Part shown: positions 30,809-40,245 of the stretch, piece by piece | Layout of the letters: each line of letters starts with the position of its first letter | How positions within the stretch are numbered: position 1 is the first letter of the stretch | Assembly: GCA_041690135.1 (NCBI GenBank) | Contig: JAWLHY010000001.1 | Span: 1,056,001-1,120,000, forward strand | Source: Armatimonadota bacterium | GTDB lineage: Bacteria > Armatimonadota > SYMT01 | Direction: 5' to 3' | DNA: 64,000 nt | The notes under the pieces: model-generated | Databases searched by the model: none | Seen by the model: the letters and a program-made list of their open reading frames with translations, nothing else | What the model was told of the DNA's origin: nothing | Program-made: the position numbers and the translations under genes

Positions 30809-30915
30809 CTTGAGGCCGAGGGAGAAATCCCTCGGCCTTGTTGGTTTCTGCCGTCCATACCTGCAGGCGGAAGATCAGAGCAGCGGCCGCGCCTTTCGAC
30901 CCCCTCTCGCCGGAA

Positions 30916-32973
30916 CTAGGGATCGCCGCGAAAACGGTCGAGGAGGGCCGCCAGCGCTGGCTCGAGATGCTCCCCCGGGTGGATCCATTTCTCGATCTGC
31001 ACCGTCGTGCCTTCCGGTCCGGTGGCTAGCCAGATCTGGTCGGCCAGATCGAGCATGAGCGTGTAGCCCATTCCGAGCGACACCTGTGTGGAGTAGCCCG
31101 GTTGGAAGAGCGCTCCGGGAAGGTCCCGCGGCCGAATGCCGGTGCCATGGTCGGTAACCCGTACGATCATCCGGTTCGGCGCGGTGAAGAACTCGCACGT
31201 TCCGCCTCCCGCGTGCTTGATCGCATTAGTGATCGCTTCCCCCATTGCCAGCACCAGGCCGTGCGCATCATCCGCTGTCATTCCCGCCTTCAGGGCTACT
31301 TCGCAAAGGCGGGAACGCAGGCGCGCATAGTTGTGGGGCTCTTCCAGCGAAAGGGACACGACGGGCTCCCCCTGCCGGGGAATCTCCTCCGGTTCCACCA
31401 GGTGGAGTTTGCCGCAACTGACCGCACTGATGACTTGCCGGTAGAAGAGCTTCTTTTCGACCTCCGCCTGCAGCAACTGGTCCTGTGCCGCCTCCAATGC
31501 CGCCTCCGCACGCCTGCGTCCCGCGCGGAGGCGGAGGGCCTGGACGCCGTAGGCCAGGTCGCCAGCAACCTGCTCCAGCAAGTTGACCTCCTCCGCGTCG
31601 AAGGCATTTGTTTCCCCCGCGTAGATCGCCAGTATTCCGAAGGTGGTTCCGTTCGCGCGCAGCGGCAGTACCAGTATGGAGGCGTAACCCCGCTGGAGCG
31701 CCGGGTCCCGCCAGGGGGCGAAGCTACGGTCGGTCCGGACGTCTCGCACCACGTAGGGTTTACCGGTGCGGATCACGGTGCCGCCCGGCCCGCGACCCCG
31801 TTCCGTGTCCCCCCAGGTAAGCGTGATTTCCGACAGATAGCCTTCCTCGGTGCCGGCCTGGGCCATGGGGCGGACGGTCTTCTCCTCATCATGCTCCGCA
31901 TAGCCGATCCATGCGAAGCGATAGCCCCCCACTTCGACCGCAATGCGGCTGACCTCCCGCAGCAGTGTCCCTTCCTCGCCCACCGTGGCCAGCACCCGGT
32001 TGCTATCGCTCAGCGTCCGGAGTGCCCGGTTTGCCCGGTGGAGCGCCAGCGCCGCCTCCTGGCGCTCCGACTGTCCAATGGCAAGGGCGACCAGATCCGC
32101 GAGGGAGCCCGCGAAGTTCTGCTCATCCAGTGACCACTCCCGGGCAGTTTCGATGTGCTCGTGGCAGATCACCCCGATTGTCTGGCCGCCCAGGTGGATC
32201 GGCGCATCCAGCAAGGAAGTGATGCCGTGGACGGAGAGATAGGAATTCTGGAACTCTCGCGTGCGGGGGTCCGCGAGACTATCGTGGGCAGCGATCGCCC
32301 GATCCTCCTCCAGGGCCCGGAAGTAGGTGGGATAGTCGGCAGGCGCCAACTGTATTCCACTGGTGTGCCGGCTGGAACTCCTCTCGTAGAGATCCAAACA
32401 GCGAAGGAAGTGCTGGTCGTGGCAGAGCCAGACCCCGACCCGCTCCACGTCCAGGGTCCGGCTGGCGGTTTCCGTGATGAACCGCAGCGCGGGCTCCAGC
32501 TCGCCGGCAATCAAGGCCGGATGCCGGGCCAGTTCACTCAGGGCGGCCTGCTGCTTGCGGAGGCGCTCCTGGGTGAGCTGGTTATCCAGTTCCCCCCGTT
32601 TCCGGTGGGTGATGTCCTGGAAGAGAATCGACAGTCCGTCGGGAAGCGGATGGAAATCGAAGGAAAGCCATGTGGCCAGTGGGGCGTAGTAGTCCTCGCA
32701 CCCGACCCGGACCCGCTCCGCGACCGCCCTTCTCGCGGCGGAGTCACAGGCTGCGGGGATTCCCTCCGGCAGCACTTCCCAAACGTTCCGGCCCAGAACT
32801 TCCTCCCGGTTCCGGCGCGTCATTAGCTCGGCCGTCCGGTTCAAGTAGACGACCCGCCACTGTTGGTCAAGGACGATGAAGCCGTCGCTTATGCCATCCA
32901 GGACTCGCTCGAGCGCGGGTGCTTCCCGCGGTCTGTCCATAGTCCCGTTCCGATCGTGAGAGACGTACGGCAC
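30916..32973 (-). CDS. PAS-GAF-GAF sensor fused to an RsbW/SpoIIAB-like HATPase domain
   Basis: PAS (DGFIVLD..WRVVYLN), GAF (SLLDAPI, REWS.DEQ.FA), GAF (FAWIGYAE, GRGPGG), GEAITNAIKHA, DHGTGI, SLGMG; no HisKA H-box. Confidence 0.85.
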   Translation of the reverse strand: MPYVSHDRNGTMDRPREAPALERVLDGISDGFIVLDQQWRVVYLNRTAELMTRRNREEVLGRNVWEVLPEGIPAACDSAARRAVAERVRVGCEDYYAPLATWLSFDFHPLPDGLSILFQDITHRKRGELDNQLTQERLRKQQAALSELARHPALIAGELEPALRFITETASRTLDVERVGVWLCHDQHFLRCLDLYERSSSRHTSGIQLAPADYPTYFRALEEDRAIAAHDSLADPRTREFQNSYLSVHGITSLLDAPIHLGGQTIGVICHEHIETAREWSLDEQNFAGSLADLVALAIGQSERQEAALALHRANRALRTLSDSNRVLATVGEEGTLLREVSRIAVEVGGYRFAWIGYAEHDEEKTVRPMAQAGTEEGYLSEITLTWGDTERGRGPGGTVIRTGKPYVVRDVRTDRSFAPWRDPALQRGYASILVLPLRANGTTFGILAIYAGETNAFDAEEVNLLEQVAGDLAYGVQALRLRAGRRRAEAALEAAQDQLLQAEVEKKLFYRQVISAVSCGKLHLVEPEEIPRQGEPVVSLSLEEPHNYARLRSRLCEVALKAGMTADDAHGLVLAMGEAITNAIKHAGGGTCEFFTAPNRMIVRVTDHGTGIRPRDLPGALFQPGYSTQVSLGMGYTLMLDLADQIWLATGPEGTTVQIEKWIHPGEHLEPALAALLDRFRGDP

Positions 32974-33176
32974 GCAGGTACGGGCTTGCTCGAGAAGATC
33001 GCACCTATTCCCTTATTCCCGGAGAGGGCGGACCCGAACGCGAGTTGCTGATTCCACCGGTTCACGATGATCGGGACTGACGCCGGGTTGGACGAACGGC
33101 CCCGGAGGCTCAAGCTGCGGCTGGGTCAGAGACGGTTATGCGGGCCGGACACTGCTCGCGCGACTCGAGAATCCAC

Positions 33177-33983
33177 TTACCTCCCCACCCTGCAACTCTC
33201 CCATTCCGGCCAAACGGCCTGGATGCGCACAAGGAGCCACGCTCCCGAAACGGTGACGGTGGATTCGTGGGATGCATACAGTAGCCAGTCCAGGCTTTCA
33301 GAGGTCCAGTATCCCTCGGCGCCGTTGTAGATGGGGTCGAGGAGTGCCAGGTCCATCTCATACTCGGGACCGTACTCCCGCAGTTCCCAAACCTTGCTCA
33401 CCCCTGCATCGGCGAGCAGGCTTTGCAACCGGCTTATGGGAAGGTGCTGGTAGAAGGGATCCGCCGCGAACGCGACGGTGTTGGGAGGACGCTCTCCCTG
33501 TAAGGGATACCAGTGTTCATGCGCCTCCAACCCGAAGAGTTGCCCTATCCGGTCCCAGACTTCCCGGCTTTCCTCGTCCAGCAGGGTGCGGCGGTACGGC
33601 AACGGCATGACCTCCTCCAAAGCCTCGGCCTGAAGGTCGTCGACGAACGCAGAGAAGAGGTCGCGTTCCTCCTGGGTGGCGCGTTGCTCGATAGTTCCTC
33701 GCGGGTATTCGGTGCAGTGCCCCTGTGCCGATTGACCGATGCTCCAGAGTCGGTTCCGGAACTCGCGCAGGTCCCGACAAGCCTCCGGCCGCAGGCGTTC
33801 GACCTCGACGAGGATACACTCGAGCACGTTATAGCGAGGGAAGACTTTCTTGTGCCTGTCGGAGTAGTGCCGCCCGTCACGGAAGCCCGGTTGACCCAGT
33901 TGCGAATATCGCTGGTGCCAGTAGTCGATCCGCTCCTGGCAATAGCTGCGGGCGGCGGTGTGCAGGGCTTCGCATGGCGTCAT
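33177..33983 (-). CDS. Hypothetical protein
   Basis: 268-aa ORF with protein-like composition; GGAGG RBS upstream. Confidence 0.6.
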   Translation of the reverse strand: MTPCEALHTAARSYCQERIDYWHQRYSQLGQPGFRDGRHYSDRHKKVFPRYNVLECILVEVERLRPEACRDLREFRNRLWSIGQSAQGHCTEYPRGTIEQRATQEERDLFSAFVDDLQAEALEEVMPLPYRRTLLDEESREVWDRIGQLFGLEAHEHWYPLQGERPPNTVAFAADPFYQHLPISRLQSLLADAGVSKVWELREYGPEYEMDLALLDPIYNGAEGYWTSESLDWLLYASHESTVTVSGAWLLVRIQAVWPEWESCRVGR

Positions 33984-34057
33984 GAGGACCTCCTACCCTA
34001 CAATCCTATCCAAGACCATTCCGAAAGGCGTGACCGGCCGGGAAGCATCGCGGCAGA

Positions 34058-34657
34058 TTGGAGGATTGTGTGAAGGATGCCGGACCGGAGTGGGGCGAGT
34101 TCGCCCTGGACATGGCCCATACCCGGGAAGAGGCCGCGCGGAGGTTCGCCGAGTGGGAGCAGCGGGCACAGGCGATTCCGGGGGCGGAGGTCAGGGTCAC
34201 GGGTTGGCGGGATGCCGGCGGCGGGGAGACCTACCTGCTCTGGACCCGGTCCGAAGCGCTCGTGCGGAGGCGCCCGGGCGGGCTATTCCCCTCCGCGGGA
34301 CTCATAGCCCACTGGCGGGCCGCGCATGTCCGGCACCTCGACTTCACGCTGCGGCCGTGGCGGGATCGTCCGGCCCTGCGCGCCAGGGGGGATCTGCCGG
34401 TCTACGGTCCGTATGTGGAGAATGAGCCGTACGACCCGGAGCGGTGGGAGCTAGTCCCCAACGCCTGGGACCACGAGCACTGCCTCCTCTGCGATGTTCA
34501 CATCTGCGCGGACGGGGACCACGGGTACACGCAGGCCTACTTCAGCGCCGGCCCTGCCCACTTCGACCCGAACGGAGATGAAGTCTGGATTTGCCCGCCC
34601 TGCTTCGCGCGCTACCTCCACGGCTGGCAGCGCCTCCCGATCGATGAGACCGCATAG
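34058..34657 (+). CDS. Hypothetical protein with C-terminal putative Zn site
   Basis: WDHEHCLLC...GY...WICPPCF. Confidence 0.6.
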   Translation: MEDCVKDAGPEWGEFALDMAHTREEAARRFAEWEQRAQAIPGAEVRVTGWRDAGGGETYLLWTRSEALVRRRPGGLFPSAGLIAHWRAAHVRHLDFTLRPWRDRPALRARGDLPVYGPYVENEPYDPERWELVPNAWDHEHCLLCDVHICADGDHGYTQAYFSAGPAHFDPNGDEVWICPPCFARYLHGWQRLPIDETA

Positions 34658-34703
34658 CGGGAGTTCCGAGGCTTTCGGGGGCAGTGCCTCGCTGCTCACC
34701 CCC

Positions 34704-35852
34704 TCAGCGTCCGAGCCGGGTGAGGGTTCGGGCGTTCATTCTCCAGGCCGCCGGCTCGCCGGCCGTCACCTCCACCCCCTCCCGGCGCATGATCTGGGCC
34801 AGGGAGCGCGGGTCGGCGGCGGAGAGCTTCTCCACGGTGTCGATGCCGTTCTTGACCAGGGCTGTGCGGACTTTCGCGGGGAGCCCGGCCATCCGGTCCA
34901 GCGGCGCCGTCGCCACGCTCTCCGCTTCGGTCTCCAGGCCGAAGGCGGAAGCGATGGCCGCGCTCGCGCCGGAAGTCGTCCGCAGCGCCGCCGCTTCGCG
35001 CTCCGCGACATCTTCGACGAGCTCCTCCAGGGTGCGGTAGCTGGCGCCCTCGGGCAGGATCTCGACCAACTCGCGGAGGGGCGTGCCTCCGGAGGTGACC
35101 ACGGCGCCGTGCCTTGTGACCAGGTCTTTCTTGGTGATCGGCTGACCGGCGGGAAAAGATGTGGTGATCTCGCGGGTTTCGGCAAGGAGCTTGGCGAGCT
35201 CGCCCGCCCGGTTGACCCGGCCGCCGGTGACCGCGTCCACCCCGATGGTGTGGACGGCGGGGAGGAGCATCGTCCCCTGCGCGGTCTTCCAGACCGTCAC
35301 GTCCTTATCCCCGAGCTTGGTGGCGCCCAGGAAGGTTCCGCCGCTCACCAGGCCTCCGAAGTTCGGCATCGGTTCCACGACCGTTCCGGGGAAGGGGGTG
35401 AGACCGCCGTGGCCGCAGCACTCGAAGATGTCGGCGTTCAGGCGGTTCACCTCCGCCTTCAGCTCGTCGAGAAGCTTCCGGATGCTGCCGCGCATCTCCG
35501 CCATGCAGGCGAAGGCCTGGTCGAGGTCCTGCTTGAGGGCGTCCAGGTCTGCTTCGATGTTATGGAAGCGTTCGTTGAACCCGTCCTCCCCCACCGTCTT
35601 CTCGGCCTGAACCACGCTCTCGCCGTCAATCCAGTCCGTATGTTGGAAGCTGCGCTGGAACTTCGCCGCGCAGCCCGGATCGGTGGCCGCAAACGGCTCC
35701 CGATAGTCGAAGGTGCGCTTCGTCCTGCCGAAGTTTTCGAAGATCCAGCCACTCACCAGGATAGCGGCGTCGGAGTGGGACAGCCCCGTGCTCCGGATCT
35801 GCGTGTAGAGCTGGTCCGCCGTCATGCCTTCGATTTCCAGGCGCTCTGCCAT
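34704..35852 (-). CDS. Tail-operon terminal protein: coiled coil plus C-terminal helix-hairpin-helix (candidate fibre/accessory)
   Basis: GGAGG RBS, MAERLE start; heptad region RFHNIEADLDALKQDL...; C-terminal MAGLPAKVRTALVKNGIDTVEKLSAADP HhH-like; occupies the fibre position. Confidence 0.5.
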   Translation of the reverse strand: MAERLEIEGMTADQLYTQIRSTGLSHSDAAILVSGWIFENFGRTKRTFDYREPFAATDPGCAAKFQRSFQHTDWIDGESVVQAEKTVGEDGFNERFHNIEADLDALKQDLDQAFACMAEMRGSIRKLLDELKAEVNRLNADIFECCGHGGLTPFPGTVVEPMPNFGGLVSGGTFLGATKLGDKDVTVWKTAQGTMLLPAVHTIGVDAVTGGRVNRAGELAKLLAETREITTSFPAGQPITKKDLVTRHGAVVTSGGTPLRELVEILPEGASYRTLEELVEDVAEREAAALRTTSGASAAIASAFGLETEAESVATAPLDRMAGLPAKVRTALVKNGIDTVEKLSAADPRSLAQIMRREGVEVTAGEPAAWRMNARTLTRLGR

Positions 35853-35931
35853 CTTTACCCTCCGAAATCCACTACGTGCCACCCGTCTGGATGGCCAAAG
35901 GTCGAACGTGCCCGCGGGGTCGCGCCCGCTC

Positions 35932-38301
35932 TCACTCCTCCGCCGAAAGCAGCGCCGCCGTCTCCCCGCGGTGCCGCTTCCTCCGAAACTGCCGGTAAGT
36001 CCGGAAGACGGAGGGCGAAAGCGGCTCGGGAACCCCGTCGCCATCCAGGTCGACGTGCCGCTGGCGGATGGCGTATGTGTTGACTTCCACTCCCAGCGGG
36101 TAGGCGTGCTGGAGCAGGTTCATCAGGAACTCATACTGGCGGAGGTCCAGCCGCGCGTCGTCGGGCAGCTCCACCCGGAACTCGTACGGGTCCGTGAGGC
36201 CCCGGCGCGCGTAGCCGACCACCACGATCGCGGTGAGACCGGCGCCGGCGGGTACGAAGACGGTGCGGCTGCCGATCGCCTTGATCTCGCCTCCCGGCCC
36301 CTCCAGGGGCACGGCGTACCAGCGGAAGCCGGTGGCGCGACGCGCGGAGAGATTGGTACCGGCCTCCGGGAGGCCGATGGCCCCCGCTACCAGCAGCACC
36401 TCGGAGGGTCCGGTGATCAGGGGCAGCACGGACACCACGTGGTGCTTTTGCAGGATCTCCACCAGGCGGCGCAGCTCCGCACCGGCCGCAACCTGCCCCG
36501 CCAGGATCGCCTGGGCCAGGGGGTCCGGCAAGCGGAGGGTCTCCACCAGTTCCGGCGAGACGCGCTTCAGCCGCTCCACCACCGGTCCCGGTTCCCGCAG
36601 GGCGGGAAGCCCCGCCGCGCCCAGGAGGTTCAGGGCCGGATCACCCGCGGGCCGCGGACCGGCGGCACTCCAGCGGGCCGGCGCCTGCGCATCCGGGATG
36701 ACGGTCCACGCGGCGCCGCCGGAGGCGGTCCACTCCGCCAGGGCGGCCTGCAGCCCCGCCGCGAGCGCTGCGTTCGTGCCGGGATCGCCGGGCGCATGGT
36801 AGTGGGCCTCCAGTTGCACCCCGGCGCCCGGGTTGGCCGTCGAAGGACCGGTGATTGCCAGCCCGAAGGTGGGGAAGTGGCTCACGTAGAGGCGCTGCGT
36901 GTTCACCCGGTGGACCGTTCGAAGCCCGCACGGCTCCAGAAGCCAGCGTCCCTCCGGGTCCTCTGCGGGCAGCGCGGGGACCATCCGCGCGAGCAGCTCC
37001 TCCACCTCCGCGTCGGCGCTCGGTACGCGGTTCGGGTCCAGCAATGCGGAGCGCATCTGGTTCAGGTGGGCCGTCATGGGCGGGCGGAGGTCCACCCCCA
37101 GCCCCAGTTCGTAGCGGCTCCCCGCGCCTCCATCCTGCGCGCGGAGGACCTGCCACGGGGTTGCCACTCCCAGCGCGGCGCGGCAGCGACCCGCGAGGTC
37201 GAGCGCGGAGGCCAGCATGGGCGCCAGGGCCGCGCCGGCGGGGAAGGTGTAATGGGCCGCGAGCCGGTCTCGAAGCGCCTCCTCCTGCTGTCGCCGGGCA
37301 CTGGGGATGAACCGCGCGTCGTGGACCGCCTGCGCGGCGGCGGTGTCCTCCGGCCGGACCAGCCGAACCGCGCGTGTGTGGAGCAGGAAGTTGTCTCGGA
37401 ACTGCGCCCCACCGGCGCCGACCAGGTGGATCGACACCGCGAACTCGTTGTCCGCTTCCACGAGGTCGAACCGGCGCGGTTGGCCGAGCGCCCCGATCGG
37501 CCCGCGGTTCGGGTCCGCCGCGCCGCCGGGCCCGTTCAGCAGTTCGAGCAGCCGGCTCCGCGTCGGCTGCAGGAGGGGCCGGTAGAGCGCCAGGCGGCGG
37601 CGGTACTCGTCGTCCGGCTCCGCCTGCGGGACTCCGGCGCTGTCGAGCCGGGCGCGGGTGACGACCTCTCCGGCCGTGGCGTCCCAGAGGATCTCGTCCG
37701 TGAAGCGGGGCACTCCCAGGTCCGCGCCGATCAGGTCCAGGGCTCCGCCGTCCGCCGTTGCCAGGCAGCGCATCGCCGCCAATTCTCGCGCCTGGCGCCG
37801 CACGCGCTGTTTCTCCGCCCCCAGGACGTAGAGCAGCTTACCCATGTTCCCTTCCACCACGCGGACCTCCAGCCGATCGGCCAGCTCCGCCGCGGGCACG
37901 CTCGTCTCCGTCCCGTCCGGGGCGATGGCGGTGAGGGAGAGGGCAACCGTCACCGGGGCCGCGGTCCGCGTGGCGGGGTCGACCGGCGGCTGGTAGAGCG
38001 GGAGGAACGCCCCCGCTTCCGTATAGCGGAAGAACTGGAGCGGAGGAAGCGGCTCCGCGGTCCCGTCCGGGTCCAGCACTCCCTCCAAACGCAGCGCCTC
38101 CCCCTCCAGCGGCCGGGAAGGGGCGGCCAGCAGCAGCGGCTCGCGGGCGTTCCAGGTCATGCGGACCACGCCCAGCCCATCCGGAAGGAGAGCCGAGTCG
38201 CGCGCCCCTCCGGCGAACGGGCCGGTGAGGTGGGCGATCATATTCCGGTGCGAGGCCGCGCCCCACCCGTCCGGATCCTGCCACGCGGGAGTGCTCATCA
38301 C
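35932..38301 (-). CDS. Baseplate wedge protein (Mu gp48 / P2 gpI-like) with large insertions
   Basis: LATADGGALDLIGADLGVPR...EPDDEYRRRL motif; C-terminal L...YPLGV; overlaps the baseplate J stop. Confidence 0.6.
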   Translation of the reverse strand: MMSTPAWQDPDGWGAASHRNMIAHLTGPFAGGARDSALLPDGLGVVRMTWNAREPLLLAAPSRPLEGEALRLEGVLDPDGTAEPLPPLQFFRYTEAGAFLPLYQPPVDPATRTAAPVTVALSLTAIAPDGTETSVPAAELADRLEVRVVEGNMGKLLYVLGAEKQRVRRQARELAAMRCLATADGGALDLIGADLGVPRFTDEILWDATAGEVVTRARLDSAGVPQAEPDDEYRRRLALYRPLLQPTRSRLLELLNGPGGAADPNRGPIGALGQPRRFDLVEADNEFAVSIHLVGAGGAQFRDNFLLHTRAVRLVRPEDTAAAQAVHDARFIPSARRQQEEALRDRLAAHYTFPAGAALAPMLASALDLAGRCRAALGVATPWQVLRAQDGGAGSRYELGLGVDLRPPMTAHLNQMRSALLDPNRVPSADAEVEELLARMVPALPAEDPEGRWLLEPCGLRTVHRVNTQRLYVSHFPTFGLAITGPSTANPGAGVQLEAHYHAPGDPGTNAALAAGLQAALAEWTASGGAAWTVIPDAQAPARWSAAGPRPAGDPALNLLGAAGLPALREPGPVVERLKRVSPELVETLRLPDPLAQAILAGQVAAGAELRRLVEILQKHHVVSVLPLITGPSEVLLVAGAIGLPEAGTNLSARRATGFRWYAVPLEGPGGEIKAIGSRTVFVPAGAGLTAIVVVGYARRGLTDPYEFRVELPDDARLDLRQYEFLMNLLQHAYPLGVEVNTYAIRQRHVDLDGDGVPEPLSPSVFRTYRQFRRKRHRGETAALLSAEE

Positions 38302-39740
38302 ACAATCTCCAGGCCGGCAATGTCATCCACGAACACGGCGATCTGGTTGGACTGGAGGGCGACGTTCTGGCCCACCTGGAACCGCTCGGCGGTCTCGCCG
38401 GTGCCGGCCCCGAAGTCGATCGAGTCGATGCCGGCCGGGTAGCGGAGCAGGCGCAGCTCCAGCGCGTCGGCAATGCCGGGCTCGTTCATTACGGACCAGA
38501 CGATCTCGGAGTAGCGGACGGGGTCACCCACTTGCAGCGTGTCCACGTAGGTCCGCAGCCGGGAGACGATCCGCTCCTTCAGGTCGATCGCCGCCTGGGA
38601 AGCGTTGACGGATTGGCGGGAGCCGGTGGGCAATGGAAGCCCCCGCACCACCAGCTTCGCCTCCACGCCGATGCCGATCTCCTCTGCCTTCTCCACGCGG
38701 GGGAAGATCCCGATCGGGCGCAGGTCGTCGATCACCGACTCCACGGCCGCCTTCAGCCCGTCCGGTCCTTCCCAGATGGCGGCGGACGTGGGGGCGACCA
38801 GCACCGTGAAGTAGTACGGGCTGCCCAGGTCGCGCTCCGTCCCGAACACCCGCTCGATGAAGTTGAAGTTCCCAAAGATCGACTGGTTGATATCCAGACC
38901 GCCGAACCCGTCCCGGATGATCACCTGCCGCACCCCGGGCACCAGCGAGACCGCGATCCGGATTGCATCCACCGTCCAGACGGAGCGCGGCGCGTTCAGC
39001 AGCAGTTCCCGGTAGCGGAGGTCCGGCCACTGCCGCGCACCGCCGGTGAGGGGGGCGGTGTGCTCGATCGAGACGAGCGGCGTCCCGGCGTCTTCCGCGG
39101 CGATCACCCGTTCCGCGGCGGGGTCCAGCCGGTTGAACCGGTCGATCTTCTGCGGGTGCCCGCCGCCGGAGTCGGTGAAGCTGGGATCGAGGTCGTGCGA
39201 GGGGCCTGGGTAGAAGGCCACCACGGCCGCGTCCCGCTCCTTGTTCTCTGGGGAGAGGGTGACCGTCTCATCCAGGGAGACGTGGTGTCCGCCGGGGGTC
39301 AGCAGCCGAGTTCCGCTGCGCAGCACCAGCTTCTCCTCGCCCGGGTCCAGCGTGCCGGTGAGCTTGAGCTTGATCTTTCCCCGGGCCTGCTCGTAGGGGC
39401 GGGACAGGCCCAGCTCCTCCCCCAGGCGGCTCAGGGCGTCCCCGACCGCGGTGGAGACGTACAGGTTGTCCGACATCGCCGCGAGCGCGGCCCAGGTCCG
39501 CATGTCTTCCAGGGCCGTCAGCTCGAGCAGCTTCCGGATGGCCGAGCCGGACCCGAGGTCCAGGTCGTCTCCGAAGAGGGCGCGCGCGAGAGCCAGCTTC
39601 TCCGCCAGCAGGCGCGCGAACGGCTTGGGTACGAACCCTTCGGCCGTGATCCCGAACTCGCCCGACCCGGTGGAGCGGGTGACCGCCGCATCCACGGCGA
39701 GCACGTCCGCCACGGGAATACTGGTTACTTGCTCAGACAT
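38298..39740 (-). CDS. Baseplate J / gp47 family protein
   Basis: FGIT.EGFV.K, TAVGDALSRLGEELGLSR, TGGA..WPD.RYR..L, VPGVRQV, RPIGI, L.VGDPVRYSEI..V...PGI.D. Confidence 0.88.
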   Translation of the reverse strand: MSEQVTSIPVADVLAVDAAVTRSTGSGEFGITAEGFVPKPFARLLAEKLALARALFGDDLDLGSGSAIRKLLELTALEDMRTWAALAAMSDNLYVSTAVGDALSRLGEELGLSRPYEQARGKIKLKLTGTLDPGEEKLVLRSGTRLLTPGGHHVSLDETVTLSPENKERDAAVVAFYPGPSHDLDPSFTDSGGGHPQKIDRFNRLDPAAERVIAAEDAGTPLVSIEHTAPLTGGARQWPDLRYRELLLNAPRSVWTVDAIRIAVSLVPGVRQVIIRDGFGGLDINQSIFGNFNFIERVFGTERDLGSPYYFTVLVAPTSAAIWEGPDGLKAAVESVIDDLRPIGIFPRVEKAEEIGIGVEAKLVVRGLPLPTGSRQSVNASQAAIDLKERIVSRLRTYVDTLQVGDPVRYSEIVWSVMNEPGIADALELRLLRYPAGIDSIDFGAGTGETAERFQVGQNVALQSNQIAVFVDDIAGLEIV

Positions 39741-40245
39741 CCTGCGTCACCTTTCCGAGGTCGACCGCCACCTGGTCTCCGGATACGACCTCGCACACCA
39801 CGCGTACGGAGAGCTCCCGATGCAGTTCCGGAGACGCCCCGGGCTCCACGGCGACCGCCTGTGAAGGGGCGGCGTCCAGGCGGCCGTCATCCAGCTTGAC
39901 ATCCACGATGCGGCGGATCCGGGGCTCCCGCCGGAGGACCTGGATGATGGCGACGCGGACGCGTTCCCGCACCATCACGGGGTTGGTCTCCTCCACCAGG
40001 GCGTTCAGCCCGTCAAAACCGAAGGCGGTATTGAACACGTCGTCGCCCTTCAGGGTGGTCAGGGCTACCTCCAGGCTCTGCGCCAGGTTATCCAGCCCCT
40101 CCACCCGCGCCAGGTCCCGGCCGGTAGCGCCCGGGGTGAGCCGCAGGTCCCGCCCCAGCCCCAGCCTCGGGTCGATGCGCTCGCAGGCCAGCCCCCAGCC
40201 GAGCACTTTCCTTCTGATCAGCTTCTTCTGTTCCTGTTCGGTCAT
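39733..40245 (-). CDS. gp25/GPW-like baseplate protein
   Basis: DLARVEGLDNLAQSL..AL.T..G...F...FG, L.REPRI..I. Confidence 0.82.
   Translation of the reverse strand: MTEQEQKKLIRRKVLGWGLACERIDPRLGLGRDLRLTPGATGRDLARVEGLDNLAQSLEVALTTLKGDDVFNTAFGFDGLNALVEETNPVMVRERVRVAIIQVLRREPRIRRIVDVKLDDGRLDAAPSQAVAVEPGASPELHRELSVRVVCEVVSGDQVAVDLGKVTQDV

Larger units (their letters stand above)
27201..30851. mobile_element. tRNA-Pro-anchored islet bounded by 79-bp direct repeats (27201-27279 / 30773-30851)
   Basis: Exact 79-bp repeat of the tRNA 3' half plus terminator; extends to 87 bp with 1 mismatch; no integrase inside. Confidence 0.6.
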
